The translations under genes and the position numbers were made by a program. From NCBI RefSeq assembly GCF_009914755.1, contig NC_060926.1: DNA of 64,000 bases. The stretch is one strand, 5' to 3'. Under the pieces are notes generated by a model. That model searched no databases and had not been told where the DNA came from. It worked only from the letters and a program-made list of their open reading frames with translations. This DNA is from the human T2T-CHM13v2.0 reference genome, Homo sapiens. Positions 13,781 to 27,460 of this stretch are shown here, piece by piece. How positions within the stretch are numbered: position 1 is the first letter of the stretch; each line of letters begins with the position of its first letter.

Positions 13781-15131
13781 TGTGATCACCTGATTGGTTC
13801 TTCCTGCCCGCTGCACAGACAAAACCAATTCATTGAGACCGTGGTTTTGCAGTAAAGAGTTTAATTAATGCAAGGCTGCCAAGTGGAAGTGTTCCCAGAC
13901 CAAACAGGGTAGGGCTGCTATTTCTCACAGCCCAATAACGAGATGTAGATGAACTGGGGAGGAAGAGAGTTTTTAATTCTGTAACCGGCTACAGTGAGAA
14001 GTCCTGGAAATTATCGCCAGACCAACTCAAAATTACGAAGTTTTCCAGAACTTATATACCTTCTATGGTATGTGTCTATGAGTAAGTGTGCATTCATCTA
14101 AAGACATATGTGATTAACTTCTTTTAATCTATAACTAAGGTCTGAGTCCTGAAGACCTTCCACTGGAGCCTCAGTAAATTTACTTAATCTAAATGGGTCC
14201 AGGTGCTGGGGTGATTACCCTTATCTGTCTGCTGCTAAATTACCGAGGTTGAAAGAGTTCCTTCAGACCCCCAGTAAACTTGTTTGCGGAGGCCTGGGGA
14301 ATTTCTTCAGACCCACAGTAAAATTTGTTTAATCCTAAACGGGTCCTGTTAAGAATTCCTTTTTTATTTTGTCGTGCTTTAAGGCCCAGGAAAGGCCTAC
14401 GCAAAACCCTGGGTGGGCTTTTTTTACATTCCAGCCTTTGTACAAGGGCACTGGCTTTTAATATTTAACTTAACCACCCAGCACTGAAACAGTTGTTATG
14501 GAGGTCTGCCACAGGACTGGAGGTATCCCTCAAATCAGTCTCCTCAAAGGCTCAGAGGTAGGGTTTTTCAAGGATAATTTGGTGGGCAGGGTGCTAGAGA
14601 ATGGGGAATGTTGACTGGTTGTGGATGAAATCAGAGGGGTATGGAAAATTGTCCTCACGCACTGAGTCAGCCCCTGGGTAGAGGACACAGAACTGGATGA
14701 GTCATGAGCCATGGGGCTGGGTAGAGTCAGCTGGTCATCAGCAATGCAAAAGTCTGAAAAACATCTCAAAAGGCTAATCTTAGGATCTACAATAGCAATG
14801 CTGTGTACAGGAGTAACTGGGGAAGTTACAGATCTTATGACCTTCAGAATAGTGGCTGGTTATTGTATAACTATGCCTGCATCTTAGCAAAATTAAAGCC
14901 CCTCTCATAATCCTAACCTTGTAGACATCATTAGTTTTACAAAGGCAGTTTAGTTTTGGGAAGGGCTATGATTATCCTTGCTTTAAGGTTAAACTATAAA
15001 CTAAATTTTTTCTCAAAGTTAGCTCAGTTTATTCCCAGGAATGACCAAGGACAGCTTGGAGGTTAGAAGCAAGATGGAGTCAACTCTGTCAGATTTATTT
15101 TACTGTCATAATCTTTGCAAAGGTGGTTTCA
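13781..15131 (-). mobile_element. Solo ERV1 LTR (LTR8A-like), interrupted by a second LTR
   Basis: TG...CA ends and perfect 4-bp TSD ATTG (13777-13780, 15132-15135). The minus-strand start TGAAACCACCTTTGCAAAG resembles the LTR8 family. Confidence 0.88.
13890..14513 (-). mobile_element. Second ERV1-type solo LTR nested in the LTR8-like element (family not assigned)
   Basis: 624-bp block bounded by tgttccc...gccaca; the host LTR sequence resumes collinearly after it. Confidence 0.72.
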
Positions 15132-15707
15132 ATTGCTCCTTTCCAATGCCTGTGTTATAACACTGATCAAATAGAATATTTGCTTGCATAGCTGACTTTA
15201 CTAGATTCTGACCTTCTTGAAGATGGGCATCATGCTTTAATTTTCCTTCAATCCATAGCTCTTAGCACAAGATGTCTCTCCCCATTAAAAAATGGGTGGA
15301 TTAAAAAGACAAATAAATGTATTAATAAATGGATTGACTTCATTCTTTTTATTAGTGACTATTACAAGGTCCCACAGTGTGCCAGAGTTGTGAAACACAG
15401 ATCACACAATTACATTGTTTACCTGGAAATAATGTAATTACTATTATAGCTATGATTTATTTTTTAAAGTCTGGTCATATTTGTAAACTCATTTGTTTAA
15501 CATTGAAATTTAAGAACCTGAACTAAATACTGTTGGATTTGGCAAGTGATTAAATCATTCCAATGATGCCTAATAATAGTCACTATAACAATTTATTTAT
15601 TTACATGCAATTCTAACTATTTGAAAGTTAGACAAGTTACCATGTATTATCTAAATTTAAGAAATGCTAATGCATTTAACGCATTTAAATTACAATAACT
15701 TGGCATA

Positions 15708-16117
15708 TGTTATGGGCTGAATTGTGCTCTCTCAAAATTCATATGGTGAAGTCCTAGAACCCAGTATCTCAGAAGATAACCATGTGGCGATGGGGCCTTT
15801 AAAGAATGATTAAGTTAAACTTAGGCTGTTAAGGTGAACCCTGTTTGAATCTGACTGGTATCCTTATAAAAAGAGGAAGTTGGGCCTACAAAGGGGTGCC
15901 TGGAAGGCATGTATACAGAAGAAAGACCAGTGAGGATATAGCAAAAAGGCTGCCATCTGCAAGCCATAGAGAGAGACCTTAGGAGAGACCAACCCTGTGA
16001 AGACTGACACCTTCATCTTGAACTTCCAGCCCTCAGAACTGTGAGAAAATGAATTTCTGTTGTTCAAGCTACTCAGTCTGTGGTATTTTGTTATGGTAGT
16101 CCAAGAAAATTAACACA
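15708..16117 (+). mobile_element. MaLR LTR (MLT1B-like)
   Basis: tgttatgggctgaattgtg...tggtattttgttatggtag...taacaca; 5-bp TSD gcata/gcatg. Confidence 0.9.
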
Positions 16118-17250
16118 GCATGATACTCATTTTCCTTCTCAATGATGCCTGTCATCTAGGTTCTTTATCATCTATCAAGCTTTCACTTTTTGGCATTTAA
16201 GTAGCTATTACCATGAAGTAATCAATAGACATAAGTAGATCATGCCTAAGCAAGTAGACATACAATATTAAAAATTCTGTCGTGTAGAGTTGAAAAAAAT
16301 GTATAATTGGTTCAGAGATATATGGGGAAAAGAAGTATTCTATAAATTATGTTAAAATATATACATTCATTTAAAATTATCCATTGAAGCTGATTTGAAG
16401 TATTCGTTCTTACAGTTATGTAGGAGCCTCTTTTTTCTTTTCTTTTCAAGTTTAAACATTCAAAACATTCAAGGATAAATCTCTTTGTAAACTACCTAAA
16501 AGTCATTGTCAAATCTTTATAAACTTTGAGTGGGAGAATTTTGTAGGAAATTACTGGGCTGACTTCGTTTGATGTATAGTAATACATTTAAACTCCATTT
16601 AAGTAGAGATGAGAGGAGTATCGAAGACTGCACCAATAAACATTAATTTCTTCTGAGAGTTTTGACATTTCTCTTGTACAACTTTTATGTTCACTTTTGT
16701 ATTATGTCATTTAATGAGATTATGTTCTAGTTAAAAAAAAGTTATTTCAGAAGATAGAATTTAGCCCTCTAGGTGTATCAGGCTTTTGAATGTCATATGG
16801 CTTTTGAACTCCTTATCTATCTTTCATTTATTCTGAATAATTTTTAGAATAATTCATTTGGGGGAAAAAGGAAAACGTATTCATAATAGAGCTGTTTCTT
16901 CCAAACTTTGATTCTGTTGATTGCAGGAACATTAACTATTCTTTCTTAATTATATTTTTTACTTCCCTCCACCTGTTAAAGTGAACATTCATTGAGACCC
17001 TATTATTGTAAGATACTTCTTTGACATTTAGTGTTTCAAAGGTATCGGCGTGACCTCAAATATCTTTCACTTTGGCTTTGGAAATGAGATTTGTATAAAC
17101 AAATAGATACTGGCCATGAGAAAGAGTAATTTATAGTTTAACTGTTTAATTATTTTGTTCACAAAATTTGACATTGAACAATGGGGCATAGTCCATTTAA
17201 AACTATTAACCCAGATTGCTTGTCTATTACTTCAACAGACTCTATCCTTC

Positions 17251-17252
<2 letters not shown>

Positions 17253-17334
<82 letters not shown>
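17253..17334. repeat. Interrupted (CA)n microsatellite
   Basis: About 24 AC units, AGAGG, then about 14 CA units. Confidence 0.97.
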
Positions 17335-17338
<4 letters not shown>

Positions 17339-19299
17339 TATATTATAGATGTTATAGTTGTGCCCTCTCACTGTCTCACACTCAAGATTTTCTCAATAAA
17401 GCCAGTGTTTTATGTGAAAAAATTAAACCATCACATTATTAGTGTAATATATGTGTTATGTAATTTTCATTTTCAATCAATTCATTTTAATACTATAATG
17501 ATGTATCTAATTTTTTAGCTGAATTTTAATATAGAATTTATAAATGATCTTAGTTAGGATGACATGTGGTTAATGGCTTGCTGACTTGGAACAACCCATT
17601 TAATCTTCTTTTGCCTCAGTTTCTTTGTCAATATAAGAGTGTTAATACCTTGGTGAACATTGTTTGATTCATGGTTTGTGAAATTGCTTGATAAACAGCT
17701 AAGTGTTCTACAAGTATTTTTTTGTTATTTTTGTCACTGCAATTATGATTGTTATTTCAAAGTGTCTTTCATGGCATTTGCATATGCACCTGCCTATTAT
17801 CACATTATGGAAAGAAAAGGTAAGAATGCAAATTAGCCTTTGCTATTAGTCTTTCATTCATTCAATAGATATTTATCAAATGAATCTGTACCAGATATAT
17901 CTGATATGTATCATGGTAAGAAAAAGAGGAACAGATTCTACCATGCTGGAGCTAAATAAACAATAAACAAAGGGGGAATCCTAATGTGAATCACAACAAT
18001 CACGTACATGTAAAATTACACTAGTATTTTTGGTGATGTTTTCTAATATAACCTCACAAAGTCAAAAATTTTATTAGATATTTATTGTATTAAATATTTT
18101 TAAATGCTACATTTTATGTAAAGCTATGTTACTTTTGAATTCACTACCTTTGGCTTCACTTACATTAGATTCTGGTCGGTTTTTACTTTTTGTTTGTTTT
18201 TGGCAGATATCATAGTTTCATAGGTGGTTTCTCCTAAATTCATTTTGTAATGAGTGAGCTCTTTCTTAATTTTATTCTCAAATTCCATGTCTCAACAATC
18301 ATTTCAGAACTTATCTCAATGGTACACATAAGTTATTCTATCAGAATTATGAAAAGCCTTCATCAGAAAACTCTTTAGAATATTGACAAGATTTGGGAAT
18401 GCTTGAAAATTATTCAAAGCCTAATTTGATATGTGAAGATTTTTGTCAAACTGGGTAATTGAAAATGTGTCCAAGAGAAATAGCATGTAGAATAATTTTA
18501 AAGCAAATTAAAACATTGTCTGAATTGGGACTAATTGGCTTTCAAAATGGAATGTATTGAGGGCTGAGATGGTAATACTAAATGCTCGAAGGTAGGCCTC
18601 ATCTCTAAAGCAATTTTTTAGTGCACACAAAAAAATATCATTTTTTTTCCTGTGACTTATAGTTCAGAAATTCACTGCTTAAGGCAATCCATCATCAGCC
18701 ATGAAAATATACGATTTTTAAGATGAGGCTGAGGCTCTTTAATATGTGAAAACATGCACTGAGTCTTGAGGATGGCTCCAGGACAAAACCAAGATGCTAT
18801 AAAGAGAAGGGTAAGGAACGAACCACAAATGGTGTAAAATTATGGATCAGGAATCAAAGTAGAACTAGAATACTTTCCTCGATAGTTGATACTGGATAAA
18901 AGTTCAAGGACAGGAATGTTGTTCAATTCAGGCCCAGATTTATGGCATCTGCCACAACAAAAATTGTTCTAAATTGCATAAGGTGATGTCTGTATGCTAA
19001 AAAAAAAAAAAAAAAAAAGGTTATACAGAAACGTTGTCAGGTATGTAATATTTTGTAAGCCTAAATTTGAAGGAAGCTGTAAAGTCATTTGAAATACACT
19101 AAAGAATATTAATATATTGGGAACACACAACCATGTACCCTTTGGTCTTAACATTTTCTGTGGCTTTTAAAATTTATATCTCATTGTTAGGTAGCTAGCT
19201 AGCTAGATATCAGGTAGGTATCTGACACATATTCTATATATCTGCTGTTATGTATTGCCAACTTTCTCCCTCCATTTGCACATTTTATTAGTAGCAGAT

Positions 19300-19575
19300 A
19301 ATTATATCTAATATAATGTTATATATATTTATAATATATAATAGTATATATATGTTATAATATGTACTATATTCAATATTAGTATTAACTAACCTACATA
19401 ATATATAGATTATATATTATAATATATTGTCATATTAAGTTTGTATTAGGTCATATGTTATATGTATTATAATATGCTATATATATTCTATATAATTTAA
19501 TAGTATGATATGGTATATGTAATTTATATATGTGGATAATCATATATAATGATACATGATATATAAGATTATTAA
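19300..19575. repeat. AT-rich degenerate (TA)n low-complexity tract
   Basis: Almost only tata/atat units. Confidence 0.85.
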
Positions 19576-20413
19576 TTCATAGTAAAATAAAATTAAGTGG
19601 CAAGGCAGAGAATTGATCCCCTTATCCCTAGTGTTCTCCCTGTTGGATTGGGCTGCCAAAACAGACATCAATAAACCTGTTTTCAAATCTTGCTCATGGT
19701 GCTTGAAATCTCAGCCAGCTTTAGCACCAGAATTATTCCCATCCTTGTTTAAATCAAAGTAGATAATGGCTACTGGGTCGTGACAAATGGCAGGTAGAGT
19801 TGGCTCACAGAGCCAGATCCTGGAACACTGAGCTATCAGGATCACCCCAGCTGTTTCGTTAGCCCCATAATGATATGACTCTCTATCTTATAAGCTTGAC
19901 ATTTTTAGAATCTACTTACTGTGTTAGGATAGAGTTCTCACGTTCAGAAGCCATGAAGCCATAGGTAAAATTCAGCATCTCATTTAATAATAATAATGGT
20001 AATAAATTTTGTTCTGAGATTGATTTTTCATGCCAGTGTGTTTCAGGTGGGAGGAAAAGAAATAAACTAATAAGTTGAAGGCTTTGATTCTAGATAATAA
20101 CTCGTTCATTTTTGTGTTAATGGCAGTGTATATGTTTTTCTCATATACCTTGTTTTTCTTTCTGGGAAATAAAAGCATTTAACATTGTCACCATGCCTAT
20201 TTATGTACTTTTACCTGGATTTTCCTTCTGTCTACCATCTTCCTTATGTTTATAACATCAAGTTGCTGACATCAGATACCTTTGACAAGTGGAAATTGAA
20301 CTATTAAAATGACAACATTAACTCTAATAAGCATCTCTAGCTGGTATGTAATAAATATACAAATCATAAAAGTCATACCTTTGGTAGAAAGTAGAGAGAA
20401 AGGCAAGCATTTT

Positions 20414-21321
20414 TATTTATTATATTTTAAGTTCTGGGATACGTGTGCAGAACGTGCAGGTTTGTTACATAGGTATACACATGCCATGGTGGTTTGCTGC
20501 ACCCATCACCCCGTCATCTGTATTAGGTATTTCTTCTAATGCTATCCCTCCCCTAGCCCCCCACCCCCTGACAGGCCCCGGTGTGTGATGTTCCCCTCCC
20601 TGTGTCCATGTGTTCTCATTGTTCAACTCCCACTTACGAGTGAGAACATGTGGTGTTTGGTTTTCTGTTCCTGTGTTAGTTTGCTGAGAAAGATGGTTTC
20701 CAGCTTCATCCATGTCCCTGCAAAGGACATGAGCGCATCCTTTTTTTATGGCTGCATAGTCTTCCATGTTGTATATGTGCCACATTTTCTTTATCCAGTC
20801 TATCGCTGATGGGCATTTGGGTTGGTTCCAAGTCTTTGCTATTGTGAATAGTGCTGCAATAAACATACGTGTGCATATGTCTTTATAGCAGCATGATTTA
20901 TAATCCTTTGGGTATATACCCAGTAATGGGATTGCTGGTCAAATGGTATTTCTGGTTCTAGATCCTTGAGGAATCCCTACACTGTCTTCCACAATGGTTG
21001 AACTAATTTACACTCCCACCAACAGTGTAAAAGCATTCCTATTTCTCCACATCCTCTCCAGCACCTGTTGTTTCCTGACTTTTTATTGATCACCATTCTA
21101 ATTAGCATGAGATGTTATCTCATTGTGGTTTTGATTTGCATTTCTCTAACAACCAGTGATGACGAGCTCTTTTTCATGTTTGCTGGCTGCACAAATGTTT
21201 TCTTTTGAGAAATGTTTGTTCATATCCTTTGCCTACTTTTTGATGGGGTTGTTTGTTTGTTTCTTGTAAATTTGTTTAAGTTCCTCGTAGATTCTGGATA
21301 TTAGGGCTAATATCCAGGATA
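20414..21321 (-). mobile_element. 5'-truncated primate L1 (L1PA, roughly PA7-like): ORF2 C-terminus and 3' UTR
   Basis: ORF 20465-20866 begins MFIAALFTIAKTWNQPKCPS (L1 ORF2 end). TSD CAAGCATTTT at 20404-20413 and 21322-21331, with a TT/AAAA endonuclease site on the minus strand. Confidence 0.95.
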
Positions 21322-23344
21322 CAAGCATTTTAACAGAAACTTTTCTCATCCTATTCTACAAAAGCTGCAGATTCCCAAACAGGTTATATGAGTTCTAAAA
21401 CTGTGATAATCAATTCTCCCTAGGGGAGGAGTCATTGAAATAAGTGATTCTGAAATGCAAAAAGGAGATGCTGGCCTGGAGAGCTCTGCATGCCCTCAGT
21501 CAGGGGAGGAAACCTGTTGATCAGGAAGTTAAGACACTATAGTACGTTTTAAAATGATGACTGAACGAAGATGACCACCTAGTAATAGTCTTTATTTTCT
21601 TGGAAGACCACTTGAACTCCTCTTTAAAGCTTGTAAGAAGTCCAGAGACACATTTTGCAAGGATTATGTTAAGACATTGGCCAAGTTTGTTATATTCTTT
21701 ATTCTCTTAATCTTTGTGAATTAGCTCTTTGACTACTTTGAATAAGTGGAAATGTTTTTTCCAAATTTTGAATATTTCTTCTCTAAGATACTGAAAGCAA
21801 TTCATCAGAATAAGGCCTAGGAAATTATGCATTCCTTAAATAGGTTTTTAGATTAAGCTATGTGATAGGCCCAGAAGTAAATAAAGATAGTGAAATTCTA
21901 TTTGCAGTGTCAGTGTTTCAATATTTTATGAAATTAGCAAAGCTTTATTGTATTTTCTGCCTGGGTACTCAATTGAATAAAAGGCATAATAAATAAGAAT
22001 TCAAAGGCAGAATTTTGTTGAGGGGGAAAATAAATTAGAAACAGTATTGCAGTCATGCTCATATATATTTTATGAATTTCATGCATTCTGTATATGAAAG
22101 TTTGTGAAGATATGCTTGTGTTTTAAAATATAGATTAATACTGAAAGTTTTAATATTTTTCTGTTTACATACTTACTGCTTTGCACACATAAGTATAAAA
22201 ATTCTGCCAAAAGCAGTTGTCAGGGTATCCCTGACCCCTGACCCCCGCCCCCCACCCCCCGCATTATGATAACTGAATAGTGAAGAAAATTGAAGAATAT
22301 TTTCTAGGTTAGAGAAACAATATTGCATTCTCTAACTCTGGGGCTTTCCTTATTTTCAGGCAAATTTATCACACACGCTCTTCTTCCATCTCTTCATCTA
22401 CATTTGGAAGAATGGATAGAAATTAGTTTTGACAGGCTTGAGATTTTAGGTACACTGATGAATAAGGGAAATGGAACAGAGTCCCTTTTCCATGTTGCTG
22501 AAATTATAGGGATCCTGTCACTGCCTGGCAGTAAACATGGTATGATTACTTCTGAATCTGAAACGGGTGCCCCATGGTGCCCAGATGTCCAAGGATGGAT
22601 TTGGCATGCTCGGCAAAGATCCGTAAGTCAGCTCAGCATTGGCTGGATGTACAAAACGGGTTGGCGATTAAACTTTCATAGTTTGTGAAATTTCACAGCG
22701 AAAGAAAATGTGGTTTCCTGAGTTTGGGCTGATCTCCACAAACTTGAATAAGTCACATGAGGCCAGATCTGTAAGCACAGTGATACATCATAGGCTCCAG
22801 CTGCCAATGCCAGTGCTCATAGTTTTAAGGATGCTCAAATATCACTGTCTAGGTTAGCTGCCTAGTTGTCTATGGGCAAGTTTGTTCCTGTATCTTCTAA
22901 GAGATATATGTAATGCGGATGTAACTCTTTTGTGATTATTCAACTCTCTTCTCTCTTGGCACTTTCAGTCATCTTTTTCTTACCTAAATGAGAGCCCCTT
23001 TTGCAAAATTTTCCTTTTGACATGGTCATCCTTCCATCCAGAATTGTTTCTCAACACTCCCCCTGGAGGAATTGTATACTGATGGATATTACCTCAAGCA
23101 AAAGCTAAATAACAGTACTGGGCAGGTAAACCCACTGCCAAAGCAAGCATACTGACAATCAGATGGTGCCTTGCAAAGCTTTGCATAAATGCCTTTTCAT
23201 ATGCCCATTATTTTTTACACTCTTCTGTACTTTCTTCCTATGTTGGCATAGTTTTTACAGATTTGACTGTATCTGCAAGGAAATTATGGAAAATCTAAAG
23301 CCATTAATAGAGATTGGTAGACATATGTCATTATTATTACCAAC

Positions 23345-23570
23345 ACATAGTGAACACTTACTGTGTACCTGTTACTTTAATCTTACCTCATTTAATTATG
23401 ATGTAATTCCTGTGATGTATTGACAGGAATCATTATTTACATATTTAGGTGAAGTAGCCAATGCAAACTTAGAGATGAAATAACTCACCTAGAGACACCC
23501 AACTTAGAATGGCAGGCTAGAATTCAAACCCAGGTCTATCTGCTTGTAAATCAGTGCCTTTAGCAGTATT
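23345..23570 (-). mobile_element. MIR
   Basis: tgaaataactcacctagagacaccc...agaattcaaacccaggtctatctg. Confidence 0.65.
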
Positions 23571-26099
23571 CATAGCAGTAGAACCTTGATCAAATATATT
23601 GATGGTGATACATTTCTAGTCATTTAAAAATTTCCTCAGTTTGTGCTAGCTCTGTGGAAACCAAAAACATCTCAGATGCTAAAACATCTGTTCAGCTCAA
23701 TTATGCTCATTTCAGTTCAATTAGCATTTATTGACTACTTACTATGAGCCAAGTACTGTTCTAAGAAGTGGGGATTCAGAAATACATAAGATACATCATT
23801 TTCTCTGGCCAAGGAGGTGATATAATGGGTTAAAGACTTAAGACATTATGCAACCCTGAATTTACTGAGCAGCTGTTTCCCTCCATTTGTTATGTCTCAG
23901 GAAAAAATGCATGTGTACTAATAACCTAATAAGTGCAGTTTAACTGCCTAGAAAAATTAGAAAATTATTCTTTTAATCAGTAGGCCAGTTAGAATAAGAT
24001 AAATTATCAGAAATATCTAATGTTCTTAAATTGCTTCTAAATAAACTATGCCTTGCAGGCAATAATTGTCAATATAATTATTAATGATATAATTACAATT
24101 TGACCTCTTAAGTAGACATCCAATAAAATAATCCTTATTTCATGGACATGTTTCTTTTTTATTTTAATGCAGAGGAAAAAGGAGTACATGTATTTCAAAT
24201 GTCCGTATTCTTCATCTTTTTTTACTCTGAGCACACAACTTGACTTAAATGTCACTATTATTGTTCTGAAGTGTTGAGGAGAATTTGACAATGATATAAA
24301 GTGATGTTTGGATTTTTGAAACATTTGCTTAAGTTCACTCCTTGTGTTTTGAAATATCTCAGCATATATTTTATTTATATTTAAATATATCTTAAGTGAA
24401 AGTGTGGTTTCTTTCTGAATTATTAGAGATTGGCTAGAAACATGGCAGTGCCAAATTGAGTGTTGTAATAACTGGTAGGTGAGTTTGGGGAAGATAGACA
24501 AAGTATGGTTTGTTCTTTAGAATTCATTCAGTTGCATAAAGGCATTAATATCAGTCTTAAGACAATACTAGAAAAGTATACTACATTAAAGATAATTACA
24601 GTAGAAATCTATACATTCATGATATATGCATATCATTAATTTAGGTGTTATTATTTACATAAATTTCCAACTGATGTCAGCTTGGCTTGAGTAAGAACTT
24701 TGGGATTATGCCTTCAGTATTTATTCTCTCCCCATTCTGTTTTTCTGATTGTTATCTTTCCAATATTCATGTGAAGATCTTATTTTTTACAGCTGGTTGG
24801 TTTTACTAAAGACTGAACTAAACTTTTAATGGCTCTCTGTTTTCTGTTTGGAGCACAAAACTTCTGATGAGTGAGAAACCTATTCTAAGTATTAGCTTCT
24901 ATGCTGCCTTGTCTGTGGTATTGTCATACTTTTTTTTCAACTGAGTTCGTGAAAAAAAAATAGAAAATTGAGATACATTCATTATTTTAAGGTCTTAATT
25001 AGTTTGCAAGATTTTGATGAGAAAAATATACAGCATGATTCTCCCCTAGTTCACCACTGCAAACTTTCAATGTAGTTATGTGGTTTGTTGTTTCATTATA
25101 CTTCTTCAATATAGGACAAAACTAGTCATTAGACCCCTGCCATGTTCTGCAAAATTGAATAGGAACAGTTTAATAGCCAGGGAATCAGGCATGGGAAAAG
25201 ACATCAAGAATGCCTTTTAAAGGGAAACACTGTGGTTATCCTCTGAGAATTACACAGTCAGTGATGTTTGCCTGCCTTAAACTGTTCTGTTTCTGTAGAT
25301 TTGTTTTCCCAAGTACAAGAATTCTTAGATGTTGATGAGCTCTACAAATTTTTCATAAATTCCAAAATGTAGAGGATCCAAAGACAAGAACTGGCAATAT
25401 CATGGTTGCTATAATAGCAGGCATATAATTCAGACAAAAACAGAAGAGGTTACCAACCAACTCAAGAAAAAGGCAAGCTCATCTTGCTTTTTGCATACTT
25501 TATTCAAAGTCAAGCTTCCTAGAGGCCTGAGCTGAAAAATGTGTTAGAGTGAAAATGGTTTGCCATGGTCTGTAACTTTCAATATGTTACTGTCACAATT
25601 ATATCATAAAAACTAGTAGGAGCAAATACTGTAAAAGCAAAAGATTGCTTATGCATTAAGTAGACTAAACATCTTTCCCTTTACTTCTCATTTACTTCTT
25701 CATCCAAAATTTATTGAGACCTACTATGTGGCTGACATTGTGCCGGATGTTTGCACAATGTTATAAACAGCAGTCTCACCATCATGGTGCATTATACTAA
25801 ATGGATACTAAATAATGTTTCAGCCACAAGGTAATTTTCATTGCATCATACAGGTTGACAGGATGTTATAGTGCTAGACTCTCAGTTGTTACTTCAGTAA
25901 ACATTCACTATGGAAAAATTGTGCTATAGAACTGTAGGTGAAAACTAGTGTTGGTGTTGTATACTAGGACACACTGGTTGGAGAATTCACTCTATCCAAA
26001 ATTATAAAATTATATGTTCTAATACAGAAGTTTCAACTCTCTTTTTTTGTGTGTGTGCATAGAGCAATGTATTTTCTGTTCCTTCCTGAAAATTTGTAT

Positions 26100-27460
<1,361 letters not shown>

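Noticed and set aside
17155-17518. HT/CV-repeat ORFs
   Set aside because: Translation of the CA microsatellite.
20465-20866. 133-aa ORF
   Set aside because: Frameshifted C-terminal fragment of L1 ORF2 running into the 3' UTR of a truncated L1PA.
24046-24501. 151-aa ORF, the longest in the track
   Set aside because: Non-ATG start, AT-driven I/K/L/S composition, no recognisable domain; expected by chance.
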